The notes under the pieces are model-generated. The model had not been told where the DNA came from. It made no database searches and worked only from the letters and a program-made list of their open reading frames with translations. Shown here piece by piece: positions 19,540-29,551 of a stretch of DNA of 64,000 bases. Each line of letters begins with the position of its first letter. The first letter of the stretch is position 1. The translations under genes were made by a program, and so were the position numbers. The stretch comes from Elusimicrobiota bacterium (GTDB taxonomy: Bacteria; Elusimicrobiota; Elusimicrobia; UBA1565): NCBI GenBank assembly GCA_043827405.1, contig JBDRPD010000054.1:64001-128000 (forward strand), in the 5' to 3' direction.

Positions 19540-20694
19540 CTACTTCAGCTTCTCGACCGCGCCGAACTTCCGGTCGGGAGAGAAGATAGCGAAGATCTCG
19601 CGGTCCTCGGCGGTGAGTTCGCCCTTGACCAGCTTGACGAGATAGACTCCGAGGCCGGGGCCGAGCATGAGCCCCTGCCCGCACATACCGACGGCCTGCA
19701 GGAAGCCTTCGGCTTCCCGCGACCAGCCGACGAGAGGTGAGCCGTCGGGCGACATCGGATAGAGTCCCCGCCAAGTGCGCCGGACCTTGAGGTTGGCGAG
19801 CTTGGGCATCAGGTCCACCATGCGCCGCGTGATCAGGGGCAGGAAGTCGGATGTTTCGCGGCGGTCGGTCCCCACCATGGGCGGGTCCGGGGTGACGCAG
19901 AAGATTACCTGGCCGGTGGTATGCTGGTAGAAGTAGTAGTTGGCGGAGCCGGGCGCCGGCCGGATGTCGACGACCATCGGTTGCAGGAAGCGCGCTACCG
20001 GTTCGGTCACGCCGGCTTCGTGAGAATCAGGGTTTACCGGGACGTCGACTCCCGCGAGCCGGGCGACCTCGCGGGCCGCGCCGCCGGCGGCGTTGATGAC
20101 TATGGGCGCGCTGTAGGCGCCGGCGTCGGTCTTGACGCCGCGGACCTTGCCGCCCGCGACAAGAATTTCCGTTACTTTTTCACTGAAGCGGAATACCGCG
20201 CCCCGCTCCCCGGCGTGCCGGTAGAAGGCATGATTGAGCAGCAGCGGGGAGACATTGCCGTCGTCGGGAGAAAGCGTGCCGCCAAGGAGGCCGTCGGGGT
20301 TGAGACCCGGCACCGCGCGCAGGAGATCGTCGCGGTTGAGCCAGCGGATATTTAGGCCATGCTCGGTCTGCACCCTGAGGAGGTCCTTGAGGATGCGCTC
20401 CTCGCGTTCGCGGTAGGCGACGAAGGAGTAGCCTCCTTGGTACCATTCGATTTCGTCGCCGTAGGTTTCTTTCCAGGTCGACAAAATCTCCAGGCTCTTG
20501 AGACCGACGCGGATTTTGGCGATATCGGAATGGGTCGCACGGATGCCGCCGATGGCCGCCTTATTGGCGCCCTGGCCGACGCTGGGATAGGCGTCAAGCA
20601 CTAAAGTCTTCAGGCCGGCCTCCGCCAGGTAGAAGGCGGCGGGGGTGCCGATGCTGCCGGCGCCGATAATGATAACGTCGAAAGTCTTAGCCAT
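19540..20694 (-). CDS. FAD-dependent oxidoreductase, sarcosine oxidase beta / L-proline dehydrogenase beta-like (DAO family)
   Basis: IIGAGSIG, RTWRGLYPMSPDGSP, GMCGQGLMLGP. Confidence 0.88.
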   Translation of the reverse strand: MAKTFDVIIIGAGSIGTPAAFYLAEAGLKTLVLDAYPSVGQGANKAAIGGIRATHSDIAKIRVGLKSLEILSTWKETYGDEIEWYQGGYSFVAYREREERILKDLLRVQTEHGLNIRWLNRDDLLRAVPGLNPDGLLGGTLSPDDGNVSPLLLNHAFYRHAGERGAVFRFSEKVTEILVAGGKVRGVKTDAGAYSAPIVINAAGGAAREVARLAGVDVPVNPDSHEAGVTEPVARFLQPMVVDIRPAPGSANYYFYQHTTGQVIFCVTPDPPMVGTDRRETSDFLPLITRRMVDLMPKLANLKVRRTWRGLYPMSPDGSPLVGWSREAEGFLQAVGMCGQGLMLGPGLGVYLVKLVKGELTAEDREIFAIFSPDRKFGAVEKLK

Positions 20695-22784
20695 CAGCCT
20701 TCCTCAATCTTCGCTCCCGCAAGCACGCCCATGGGCACTTCGATGAACATCGGCCGGCCGACGTCCAAAGTTACCTCGTCGAGCGGGACGCCCTCCTGCC
20801 GGAACAGAAATTTGATTAGGCTGGCGCAGGTCTTGGCGCCGCAGGCCCCCATGCCGGCCCGGGTGATGGTCTTGATCTCGTTCATGTCGCGCACGCCGTC
20901 TTTGATCAGCTTGCGGATGTCGCCTGCCAGAACCCGTTCGCAGCGGCAGATGACGGTGTCATCGGTCAGGCGATTAACATAGGCTTCCATCGGCACAGAC
21001 ACTTCCTGGCCTTGTACGCGGAGGCCGGCGATGCGCGCGGCGATGTCTTTGGGCGCCAGGAGCTTGACGAGCAGCGTGCGGTTGAGCTTTTTGGCGGCGA
21101 TGACCTTAAGAACTTCGACTTCCCCGAGGTCCTTGCCGTCGATGTCGAGCACCTTGACCCGGTCTCCCTTCTCGATGCGGTCCTTGGGGAACTCATGGGC
21201 TAAAGTAACGACGGGATGCTCGGGATCCTTTTTCGAGTCGACGAGCGTGATGGCGAGGCCGGGGCAGATCGTCACGCACTGGCAGCAGCCGGAGCAGCCT
21301 TTCTCGCTCTTGCCGCGCGCGAAGAGCGGCGTTCGGCGCAGGTCGCCCTCCATCTCGATAAGATGCTCCGGACAGACCGAGGTGCATGGATTACAGGGAA
21401 TCTCCTGCCGGCAGTGGAATATCGGCCGTACGCCTTCCGTTTTCTGCGGCAGCAGCTCCTCGGCGACGGGCCCCGGCTTGGACTTCAGAATCTTCTCGGT
21501 CTCTACCCAGTCGGCGAGAATCTCGGTCGCGCTGCGCCCGAGGGCGCGGGCGATTTCCAGCCCTTTGATCTTGCCCGAGAACATCGCCGCCGAGGCCTCG
21601 GCGATTTCGTGGGCGTCTCCGGCGGAGTAGGCCTTGAGCCCGAACTTTACCGCTTTGCGGTAAAACTCGTCGACCGGGTCGAGGCCGACGGCGACTAAAA
21701 TGGTATCGCAGGCGAAGGAGCGTTCGGTGCCGGGGACCGGCCGCCACTGGTCGTCGATTTTGGCGATCGTCACCGATTCCACGGAGTCTTCGCCGTTGGC
21801 GCTGAGCACGGTATGCGAGGTGTGGATCGGCACGCCGAAGCGGAGCAGCTTGTCTTCGTGGACTTTGTAGCCGCCGCAGCGAGGGAGCGCCTCGATCAGG
21901 CCGACTACCGCGAGCCCCGCCTGCAGGGCATGATAGCCGGCGATCAGGCCGACATTGCCGCCCCCGACGATGAACAGCTTCTCGGCCGGGCGCACCAGAT
22001 CGCGATTCACCAAAGTCTGGAAGGCTCCCGCGCCGTAGACGCCGGGCAGGGTATTGCCTTTGAAGGCCAGGGACTTCTCGCGCGCTCCGGCAGCGACCAG
22101 CAGCGTCCGGGGAGCGACCAGCACGTATTCGGTGCCGCCGCGCAGCAGGCCGACTTTGCCGTCGCTGAAGACCGCGATAGCGGTGGTATTGAGCCAGCGT
22201 TCGACGCTCGGATGCGCCGCGACCTGCTTTTCGAGCAAGGTCGCGATATCGATGCCCCGCGTTCCCGCGTAGCAGGCGTCGATCGAGCCGAAAAACTTGT
22301 GCGTCTGCAGGACAAGCTTGCCGCCCAGGCGGTCCTTATCGTCGACGAGGAGCACTCCGGCCCCGGTCTTGCCGAGCTCGACCGCGGCGGAAAGCCCCGC
22401 CGGGCCGGCGCCGATGATCAGGCATTCTACCTCCAGTTTCCGGGTCGCATGAAATCCGTTCGGCGCTTTCATTTCCGGCAGTACGGGGTTGCCCTCCGCC
22501 GGTTCCACGCGCAGCCCTTCGCGGACGGGGAACATGCAGGACTTGACCGGCAGGTCGTCGGCCAGCACCATGCACTGCGAGCATTGGCCGTTGGCGCAGA
22601 AGATGCCCTGAGGCGAGCCGTCCTTGTGATGATGCCCGAAGATGCGGATGCCGTTGGCGAACAGCGCGGTGGACAGCATCTCGCCGTTTTTTGCGGAAAG
22701 CCGATCGCCGCGCCAGGTGAAGGTGACTTTTTCGCCTTCGGCAACGGCGAGTATGGGATGGGATTTAATCCGATGGTCGCTCAT
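20694..22784 (-). CDS. Fused 2Fe-2S / FAD-NAD / 4Fe-4S / BFD oxidoreductase (sarcosine oxidase or proline dehydrogenase alpha-like)
   Basis: FCANGQCSQC, IIGAGPAG, VGGGNVG, CRQEIPCNPC...CP, CSGCCQCVTICP, ICRCE...GMGACG..C. Confidence 0.88.
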   Translation of the reverse strand: MSDHRIKSHPILAVAEGEKVTFTWRGDRLSAKNGEMLSTALFANGIRIFGHHHKDGSPQGIFCANGQCSQCMVLADDLPVKSCMFPVREGLRVEPAEGNPVLPEMKAPNGFHATRKLEVECLIIGAGPAGLSAAVELGKTGAGVLLVDDKDRLGGKLVLQTHKFFGSIDACYAGTRGIDIATLLEKQVAAHPSVERWLNTTAIAVFSDGKVGLLRGGTEYVLVAPRTLLVAAGAREKSLAFKGNTLPGVYGAGAFQTLVNRDLVRPAEKLFIVGGGNVGLIAGYHALQAGLAVVGLIEALPRCGGYKVHEDKLLRFGVPIHTSHTVLSANGEDSVESVTIAKIDDQWRPVPGTERSFACDTILVAVGLDPVDEFYRKAVKFGLKAYSAGDAHEIAEASAAMFSGKIKGLEIARALGRSATEILADWVETEKILKSKPGPVAEELLPQKTEGVRPIFHCRQEIPCNPCTSVCPEHLIEMEGDLRRTPLFARGKSEKGCSGCCQCVTICPGLAITLVDSKKDPEHPVVTLAHEFPKDRIEKGDRVKVLDIDGKDLGEVEVLKVIAAKKLNRTLLVKLLAPKDIAARIAGLRVQGQEVSVPMEAYVNRLTDDTVICRCERVLAGDIRKLIKDGVRDMNEIKTITRAGMGACGAKTCASLIKFLFRQEGVPLDEVTLDVGRPMFIEVPMGVLAGAKIEEG

Positions 22785-22843
22785 GCTGTAAACGTCGACA
22801 CGCAAAGGGTTCAGCCAGGAATTTTTACCATTTTTGCCGCGCG

Positions 22844-23686
22844 TCAGGCGCCCGGCTTGAAAAAGCCGAAACGCAGCGCCCGCTTGGGGCATTTCGCGAC
22901 GCAGATGCCGCAGGAGGTGCAGTCGGCGAGCCACGAGCTCTTTCCTTCGAGCAGGCCGTGGATCGACGGGCAGGGCGAGAGCTTAAGGCAGGCGGAGCAG
23001 TCCCGGCAGAGGCCTCTTTCCAGCCGCACACCGAGCAGGGCGAAGCGCTCCAGCACCCAGGACAGCAGGCCCACCGGGCAGATCAGGTAGCAGTAGGGAC
23101 GGTAGTAGAACAGGCTGGCCCCCAGTATGCTCAAGAACAGCGCCACCAGGTGCGTCGTCGGCTTCCAATGGAACATCTCGAAGCCGTTGAAGTAGTCGTA
23201 GGTTATGGTGCCGAAGAAGAACAGGCCGATAAGGAATATCGCGAAGAGCGCGGTGCGTACGGCGTTGGTGATTCGGAAGGGGAGGTTTTTTAGTTTCTTG
23301 ACACCCGGGATCATGAAGACCAGCTCCTGCAGGGCGCCCAGCGGACAGGCCCAGCCGCAGAAGAGCTTCTTGCCGATAAGGCTGAGCACGATGATAACGC
23401 CGATCCCGGCGATCAGGGGAGGGGGATACTTCCCCTGCAGCCAGCCGAAGGCCATCAGCTTGGTGAGGGTGCACATTGGACTGGGGTGCATGCCCAGCAG
23501 GCGGCCAAGCTCAGGGATGACCAGGCCGCCGAGTCCGCCAAGCAGTAATACAGAGCCGATCAGCGCGGTGATGCGTGCGGGTTTTTTGCTGCGGCGTGTG
23601 AGCAGGAGCGCTATTCCGAGCGCGGCGAGCAGAAAGAAGACGAGATGCTTGACCGAGAAGATCAGCGAGGCCCCGCTATGGTGCAT
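22844..23686 (-). CDS. Membrane 4Fe-4S binding protein (NapH/MauN/NosR-like polyferredoxin)
   Basis: FCGWACPLG and YCYLICPVG motifs, TM helices, two CxxCxxC clusters. Confidence 0.85.
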   Translation of the reverse strand: MHHSGASLIFSVKHLVFFLLAALGIALLLTRRSKKPARITALIGSVLLLGGLGGLVIPELGRLLGMHPSPMCTLTKLMAFGWLQGKYPPPLIAGIGVIIVLSLIGKKLFCGWACPLGALQELVFMIPGVKKLKNLPFRITNAVRTALFAIFLIGLFFFGTITYDYFNGFEMFHWKPTTHLVALFLSILGASLFYYRPYCYLICPVGLLSWVLERFALLGVRLERGLCRDCSACLKLSPCPSIHGLLEGKSSWLADCTSCGICVAKCPKRALRFGFFKPGA

Positions 23687-23756
23687 ATTCCCTCTATTTT
23701 TAGGATAGCATATCGCGGCGGCTAAGAATTTGTATCCTCAATACCGGTATTCGCTG

Positions 23757-24575
23757 ATGAAATACACCGTTCTTATACGCGCGGACGAAGATTTCGACCG
23801 CAAGGTCCTCGCCCAGGCCTTGGCCGCCAGCCGCGGGGTGCCGGTAATCGATACTTTGCCGGCCGCCATGCGATGCTGGGGAATCGTCGAGGAGGATATC
23901 GAGCGCGCGGCCGCTGAAAAGCTCGCAGCGGAGCTGCGCGCGGCCGGCCTGGAGGCGTATGCCGCCGAGAGCGGCGCGCTCGTGAAGCTCCCCGCGGCGC
24001 TGCCGGTTAAATCTTTGGCGTTCACGGATGCGGGGCTCGATGCGGTATGCGAGCCGAGAGAAAAGTTCACTATTCTGCCGGACGAGGTCTCGCTGATCGC
24101 GGCGGCGATCATCCCGCATACGACGATACGGGAGACGGCGCAAGAGCAGAAGCCGGGCATGGCGCAGAAGCTGCAGAAAACCGCCCTCAATCTCGCCGTT
24201 CCCGGACTCGGGCATGTGCTGGAGGCGGTCCGGCCCGGCGCGCAGGCGACGGTACGGAAGACCGGCGATGCGGGCCACCTCCTGTTTTTGGATATTTTCG
24301 TCGGCTCGCCGGGGAGGCGGCTCCGTTTCGACGGCAACCGGCTCCAGTACGGCTTTCTCGGCGATAAAATGGTGCACAGCACCCTGATCAATTTTAACCT
24401 GTTCGTTAAGGGGCTGGTTAGGATGGCCGTTCGAGCCAAAAGCAATAAAGGCGCGCGCATTATTCAAAGCGGCCGGCCGGTGAGAGAGATGGGATACGCG
24501 TCGATAGACGATATGGACCGTGAATCACGGTGTATCCTGACCGGCATCAAACAAACGAGTTCGGGTGAACCATGA
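23757..24575 (+). CDS. Hypothetical protein
   Basis: Long ORF with host-like codon usage; ATGA overlap with gpmI. Confidence 0.7.
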   Translation: MKYTVLIRADEDFDRKVLAQALAASRGVPVIDTLPAAMRCWGIVEEDIERAAAEKLAAELRAAGLEAYAAESGALVKLPAALPVKSLAFTDAGLDAVCEPREKFTILPDEVSLIAAAIIPHTTIRETAQEQKPGMAQKLQKTALNLAVPGLGHVLEAVRPGAQATVRKTGDAGHLLFLDIFVGSPGRRLRFDGNRLQYGFLGDKMVHSTLINFNLFVKGLVRMAVRAKSNKGARIIQSGRPVREMGYASIDDMDRESRCILTGIKQTSSGEP

Positions 24576-26188
24576 AACTTGAGAAACTGTCCGGCTACAA
24601 TAAATTCCCCGGGCCCCTGGTAACGGTGATCATGGACGGCATGGGCATCGGCAGGCCCGACGCCTCCAACGGCCTCCACGTCGCGAAGATGCCGCACCTC
24701 AACGCCCTGCTGCGCGAGCCCCTCTACGTCCAGCTTAAGGCGCACGGCAAAGCCGTAGGCCTGCCGTCGGATAATGATATGGGCAACTCCGAGGTCGGCC
24801 ATAACGCGCTGGGCGCGGGCCGGGTCTTCGCCCAAGGGGCGCAGCTCGTCAATAAGGCGATCTCTTCGGGACGCATCTTTACCGGCAAGGCCTGGAGCGA
24901 GCTCGGCCGGCGTGCCGCCGGCGGCGGCACGCTGCATCTGATCGGCATGGTTTCGGACGGCAACGTCCACAGCCATGTGGACCATCTCAATGCCCTTATC
25001 GACCGCTGTGCCGGCGACGGCGTCAAGCGTCTGCGCGTGCACTGCCTGCTCGACGGCCGCGATGTCGGCGAGAAGAGCGCGCTCGACTACCTGGAGCCGC
25101 TGGAGAAGAAGCTCGCCGCGGTCTCCGGTTCCGGCAGGGATTACCGCATCGCTTCGGGCGGCGGCCGCATGGTCACTACCATGGACCGCTATGCGGCGGA
25201 CTGGAGCGTGGTGGAGCGGGGCTGGAAAGCGCATGTCCTCGGCGAAGGCCGGCAGTTCGCTGCGGCGTCCGCGGCCGTCAAGACGTATTACGACGAGAAT
25301 CCCAAGATCACCGATCAGTATATGGACAGCTTCGTGATCGCCGAGGCCGGCCGGCCGGTGGGGACGATCGAGGACGGCGATGCCGTGGTTCTTTTTAACT
25401 TCCGGGGCGACCGGGCCATCGAAATTTCACGCGCTTTCGAAGACGCGGATTTCACCGCGTTCGACCGCCGGCGCCGCCCCGACGTCTTCTATGCGGGGAT
25501 GATGCAGTATGACGGCGATGCGCAGATTCCAAAAAACTACCTCGTTGAGCCGCCGGCCATCGGCCGCACTCTCGGCGAATATCTCTGCGCCGCGGGCCTG
25601 ACCTCTTACGCCATTTCCGAGACTCAGAAGTTCGGCCATGTGACCTACTTCTGGAACGGCAACAACTCCGGCTATCTCGACGAGAAGCTCGAGCGGTATG
25701 TGGAAATCCCGTCGGATAGGGTGAACTTCGATCAGAAGCCGAAGATGAAGGCGGCGGAAATCACCGACGCTGTATTGCCGGCGATCGCCGGCGGCGAATA
25801 CAAGTTTATCCGCCTGAACTACGCCAACGGGGATATGGTGGGCCATACCGGGATCGAATCCGCGATCATCACCGCGGTGGAAGCGGTGGACGAGTCGCTC
25901 GGACGGCTGCTGCGGGCGGTCGAAAAAGCGCAGGGCGTCCTGCTGGTGACGGCCGATCACGGCAATGCCGACCAGATGTGGACGGAAAAAAACGGCAAGC
26001 GCTCGCCGTTTGTCGCGCATACCTTGAACCCCGTGCCCTTCATCGTTAAGGACTTCTCCGGCGCCGACCAGTGGAAAATGACGGCGGTTGAGAACCCCGG
26101 GCTGAGCAATGTCGCGGCGACGATATGCCGCCTGCTGGGCTATGCGCCGCCGGAAGACTATGATCCCGCGCTCATGGCGCTGAGGTAG
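24572..26188 (+). CDS. gpmI: 2,3-bisphosphoglycerate-independent phosphoglycerate mutase
   Basis: MGNSEVGH, SDGNVHSH, DGRD, NFRGDRA, DMVGHTG, ADHGN. Confidence 0.96.
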   Translation: MKLEKLSGYNKFPGPLVTVIMDGMGIGRPDASNGLHVAKMPHLNALLREPLYVQLKAHGKAVGLPSDNDMGNSEVGHNALGAGRVFAQGAQLVNKAISSGRIFTGKAWSELGRRAAGGGTLHLIGMVSDGNVHSHVDHLNALIDRCAGDGVKRLRVHCLLDGRDVGEKSALDYLEPLEKKLAAVSGSGRDYRIASGGGRMVTTMDRYAADWSVVERGWKAHVLGEGRQFAAASAAVKTYYDENPKITDQYMDSFVIAEAGRPVGTIEDGDAVVLFNFRGDRAIEISRAFEDADFTAFDRRRRPDVFYAGMMQYDGDAQIPKNYLVEPPAIGRTLGEYLCAAGLTSYAISETQKFGHVTYFWNGNNSGYLDEKLERYVEIPSDRVNFDQKPKMKAAEITDAVLPAIAGGEYKFIRLNYANGDMVGHTGIESAIITAVEAVDESLGRLLRAVEKAQGVLLVTADHGNADQMWTEKNGKRSPFVAHTLNPVPFIVKDFSGADQWKMTAVENPGLSNVAATICRLLGYAPPEDYDPALMALR

Positions 26189-26192
26189 GGCT

Positions 26193-27086
26193 TTGCTGCA
26201 CTTCGCCGTCTCGGGCGTCGACGCGCCGCTGTGGCTGCCGCCGCTGTTCGCTTTTGTCGTCTCCTTTTTCACCTCGATGGGCGGTGTGAGCGGGGCTTTC
26301 CTGCTGCTGCCTTTCCAGGTAAGCGTGCTGGGCTACACCTCGCCGTCCGTCAGCGCCACCAATCAGGTCTACAATATCGCGGCTATCCCCAGCGGCGTCT
26401 ACCGCTATGTGCGCGAAGGACGCATGCTGTGGCCCCTGACCTGGACGGTGATCGTGGGGACTCTGCCGGGAGTCTTTATCGGCTCCTGGGTGCGGGTCGC
26501 CTATCTCCCCGATCCGCAGAACTTCAAGCTCTTCGCCGGTCTGGTGCTGCTCTATATCGGCGGGCGGATGGCGGCGGATGTCCTGCAGAAGAAGACCAAG
26601 GCGGCGGCCGACGTCCAGCCGCGATCATTGGACGCGGTCAGGGTTTTGCGGTTTACCGCCCGCCGTTTGGAGTTCGACTTCGGCGGCGGGACCTACGCCT
26701 TTTCGCCGGCGGGAGTCTTTATTATGTGCCTGTTTGTCGGCATGGCGGGGGGGATCTACGGGATCGGCGGCGGGGCGATACTCGCGCCGGTCTTTGTGTC
26801 GGTGTTCGGCCTGCCGGTCTACGCGGTGGCCGGAGCCACCTTGATGAGCACCTTCGTCACCTCGATAGCCGGCGTCATCTTTTATCACGTCCTCGCCTTG
26901 TACTATACGGGGTTGACCGTGGCTCCCGACTGGCTGCTGGGGCTGCTGTTTGGGGCCGGGGGGGTATGCGGGATGTACTTGGGCGCGCGTTGCCAGCGTT
27001 TTGTTCCGGCGCGGCTGATCAAAGGCGTCCTCTGCTTCTGCATCCTGTTTGTCGCCCTCAAATACGTTATTGGATTTTTTGTCTAA
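26193..27086 (+). CDS. Sulfite exporter TauE/SafE family membrane protein
   Basis: GGVSGAFLLLP and GIYGIGGGAILAP repeats; TTG start. Confidence 0.88.
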   Translation: MLHFAVSGVDAPLWLPPLFAFVVSFFTSMGGVSGAFLLLPFQVSVLGYTSPSVSATNQVYNIAAIPSGVYRYVREGRMLWPLTWTVIVGTLPGVFIGSWVRVAYLPDPQNFKLFAGLVLLYIGGRMAADVLQKKTKAAADVQPRSLDAVRVLRFTARRLEFDFGGGTYAFSPAGVFIMCLFVGMAGGIYGIGGGAILAPVFVSVFGLPVYAVAGATLMSTFVTSIAGVIFYHVLALYYTGLTVAPDWLLGLLFGAGGVCGMYLGARCQRFVPARLIKGVLCFCILFVALKYVIGFFV

Positions 27087-27092
27087 TTCGCA

Positions 27093-27159
27093 TAGGACGT
27101 AAGGCCCAACGGCGCACGGGCCTTCGGACCCGACGTCTCCCGCCTGGTTCGTCTATACT
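27093..27159 (+). promoter_or_regulatory. Paired palindromic operator sites plus -10 box upstream of the 27171 gene
   Basis: TAGGACGTAAGGCCCA at 27093-27108 and CGGGCCTTCGGACCCG at 27117-27132; TATACT at 27154-27159 (21 nt gap). Confidence 0.6.
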
Positions 27160-27170
27160 TAATAGATCTC

Positions 27171-28112
27171 ATGCGTGTATTTATTTTCCTGCTTTCAGCG
27201 CTTCTTGCCTCGCCGCTTCATGCCGAGCGGCTGGAGTCCGCTGCCCTCTCCGGCGCCGCCGGCTTCGGCGCGCTGCCGCGCATCCAGCCCGCCCCCGTCG
27301 CCGCCCCCGCCGGCATTTCGGTCGTCGATCCGTCGTGGATCGTCGTCGAAGGCCGCGGCGCCGAGCTGGAGCAGGCCAAGCGGCTGTTGATCGCTGCGGC
27401 CGCCATCATCGGCCGCACGCCCACCGGCCAAATTCTCGCCCGCACCTTGACCCAGGGCGGCGGCCGCGTCATCGTCAATAAGGACGGCAGCTTCTACGTT
27501 TCCGACGACGACAACGCCGTCGTCGCCGGTCCCGATTTCGTCAATCCCCGGACGCCGGCCGTGCTCTCGCCCTTGTTTGCGCACGAGCTCGAGCATCTGG
27601 TGCAGGGACAGGGCGGCGTCAAAGGCAAGTCTGCGCGCGGCGCGCGCGAGCTGGGAGCTTTTCTTGTTCAATGCCGCCTTTGGATCGAGGCCGGCGCGCC
27701 CACCAATGACGCCGACTGGGAGCGCAACGGCAGCAACTCGCAGGACATGTGGGCCTGGATCGAATATCCGCACTCCGCCATGGCGGCGCTCAAGCTGCGC
27801 GGAAGGCTGGACTTCAGTTTGGCCGAGCGCAAGGTTCGGCGCTACTGGCGGGATGTCCTAGGCGAAGAGGCGTCCTGGCGCGGGAAGTGGTCGGCGAAAT
27901 TCCCTAAAGATCGCGACAGCCGCGAGGCGGCGCTGTTTATTCTGGAGCAGGCTTCGCGGTTCGCTGAGGGCCGTTTGGGCGGCAAGGTCTCGCCGTGGCT
28001 GCCGGATTATCTTGAAGACCTGGCGGCGGGCCGTTCGCCCAAGCTTCCCGAAGACGCTTCCGCCAAAGACCGCGCCTTTATTGAGACCATGAGTTCCGTA
28101 TTCGGCCGTTAA
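27171..28112 (+). CDS. Secreted hypothetical protein with HExxH motif
   Basis: Signal peptide; FAHELEHLVQ...RELGAF. Confidence 0.65.
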   Translation: MRVFIFLLSALLASPLHAERLESAALSGAAGFGALPRIQPAPVAAPAGISVVDPSWIVVEGRGAELEQAKRLLIAAAAIIGRTPTGQILARTLTQGGGRVIVNKDGSFYVSDDDNAVVAGPDFVNPRTPAVLSPLFAHELEHLVQGQGGVKGKSARGARELGAFLVQCRLWIEAGAPTNDADWERNGSNSQDMWAWIEYPHSAMAALKLRGRLDFSLAERKVRRYWRDVLGEEASWRGKWSAKFPKDRDSREAALFILEQASRFAEGRLGGKVSPWLPDYLEDLAAGRSPKLPEDASAKDRAFIETMSSVFGR

Positions 28113-28828
28113 GCGGTCTCCCAGATTAGAACCTCGGCGCCGTTTTCAGCTTCGGCGCGCAGCTCCAGAGAGCCCGCTTCGGTAAGCCGCGCGGCGTCGC
28201 CCTGTGCCAACATCCCCGAGCCCGCCAGTTCGGCCGCGCCCTTGGCGATGAAAACGTGAACGTGCTTGGCGCTCGGGATCGGGACCTTTTCGCCGGGCTT
28301 GAGCCGTCCGGCCCACAGCGCCGCGTCCTTCTGGTGGATCATGATCGCCGCGTCCCCGGCTTTGCCGGAGGCGACGCAGACGAGGCCCCCACGGTCGAGC
28401 TGGTCGTTGACGTCGAGCTGCTCATAGCCGGGCCGCACGCCGGCGGTGTCCGGCCGCACCCACATCTGTATCAGCCGTACCGGCGCGGCGGCGCTGGGGT
28501 TCATCTCCGAATGCCAAATGCCGAAGCCCGCGCTCATGCGCTGAATGAGGCCGGGGTATATGACTCCGCGGTTTCCCGTGGAGTCTTTGTGCGCTAGCTT
28601 GCCGTCGAGAACCCAGGTCACGATTTCCATGTCATGGTGCTGGTGCGTCGTAAAGCCGGTGCTCGGCAGGATGATATCGTCATTGAGGACGATCAGCAGG
28701 CCGTGTCCGGTATTGCCCGGCTCGTGATGCGGTCCGAAGTTGAAGGAATGATGCGACTCCAGCCATGGCAGGTCGGTGCGGGCGCGCTCGGCGGCCCGCC
28801 GGATGTCGACGCGCTCGGCGGTCTTCAT
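28109..28828 (-). CDS. Pirin family protein (YhhW-like)
   Basis: HSFNFG, HQHHDMEIVT, HKDSTGN, MSAG.GIWHSE. Confidence 0.93.
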   Translation of the reverse strand: MKTAERVDIRRAAERARTDLPWLESHHSFNFGPHHEPGNTGHGLLIVLNDDIILPSTGFTTHQHHDMEIVTWVLDGKLAHKDSTGNRGVIYPGLIQRMSAGFGIWHSEMNPSAAAPVRLIQMWVRPDTAGVRPGYEQLDVNDQLDRGGLVCVASGKAGDAAIMIHQKDAALWAGRLKPGEKVPIPSAKHVHVFIAKGAAELAGSGMLAQGDAARLTEAGSLELRAEAENGAEVLIWETA

Positions 28829-29412
28829 GCGATGAACTTCCCGGCAAAGGCGATCTCAGCAAGCCGCTTGCGCCCGGAAGGCGCCTCCTGCGCGCGCAAT
28901 TCTTCGGGCAGCTTGATCTTGTCCGCGGGCACGCCGACCGCCGCCATGGCCTGCACCTCGTAGCCTTCGGGTACGTCAAGGTCGGCGCGGGCTCTTTCGT
29001 GATCGAAGCCGCCCATGCCGTGCGCCGCCAATCCCATGGCGGCCGCCTGCAGGGCGAGGCTCATCCAGGCCGCGCCGGTGTCGTAGGCATGCGCGGCGTT
29101 CGGCTGATCATTGTGCTCAAAGTGCGTGCGCGACAGGAAAACGAAGAGGGCGCCGCTCTCTTTGGCCCAGCTTTGGTTGAAGGGAACGAGCAGGTTGAAG
29201 AGCTTGTTCCAGGAGCCGGTCCCCTTGCGGGCATAGACGATGCGCCAGGGCTGGCTGTTGTAGCATGAGGGGGCCCATTTGGCCGCTTCGATAAGCGAGC
29301 GCACCTGTTTTTCCGACAGGGGTTCTCCGCTGAAGGCGCGGGGGGACCAGCGATTGATGAAGAGCTCGTTCACGTCGGCTTCGGGGGTTCGTGTTTTAGC
29401 TGCTGTGCTCAT
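28825..29412 (-). CDS. Nitroreductase family protein
   Basis: RWSPRAF, WAPSCYNSQPW, YDTGAAW. Confidence 0.93.
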   Translation of the reverse strand: MSTAAKTRTPEADVNELFINRWSPRAFSGEPLSEKQVRSLIEAAKWAPSCYNSQPWRIVYARKGTGSWNKLFNLLVPFNQSWAKESGALFVFLSRTHFEHNDQPNAAHAYDTGAAWMSLALQAAAMGLAAHGMGGFDHERARADLDVPEGYEVQAMAAVGVPADKIKLPEELRAQEAPSGRKRLAEIAFAGKFIA

Positions 29413-29465
29413 ATGGTTTTCTCCTTAGGTCGTCCGCCCATAGTATAGGCGATCAACTATTATTA

Positions 29466-29507
29466 ATCAAATAAATTGATTTAATATAATAAATAGATTC
29501 TATCTAT
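29466..29507. promoter_or_regulatory. AT-rich divergent control region with LysR-type (T-N11-A) boxes
   Basis: ATCA-N7-TGAT at 29466-29480 and ATAG-N7-CTAT at 29493-29507. Confidence 0.5.
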
Positions 29508-29551
29508 GATGGTATCGCGCCGGTTCCGCGCCGAAAGCTATACTTTCCAGG

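Noticed and set aside
24572..26188. iPGM resembling the plant/trypanosomatid type as a eukaryote-derived transfer
   Set aside because: This subtype also occurs in various bacteria; no claim is possible without a phylogeny.
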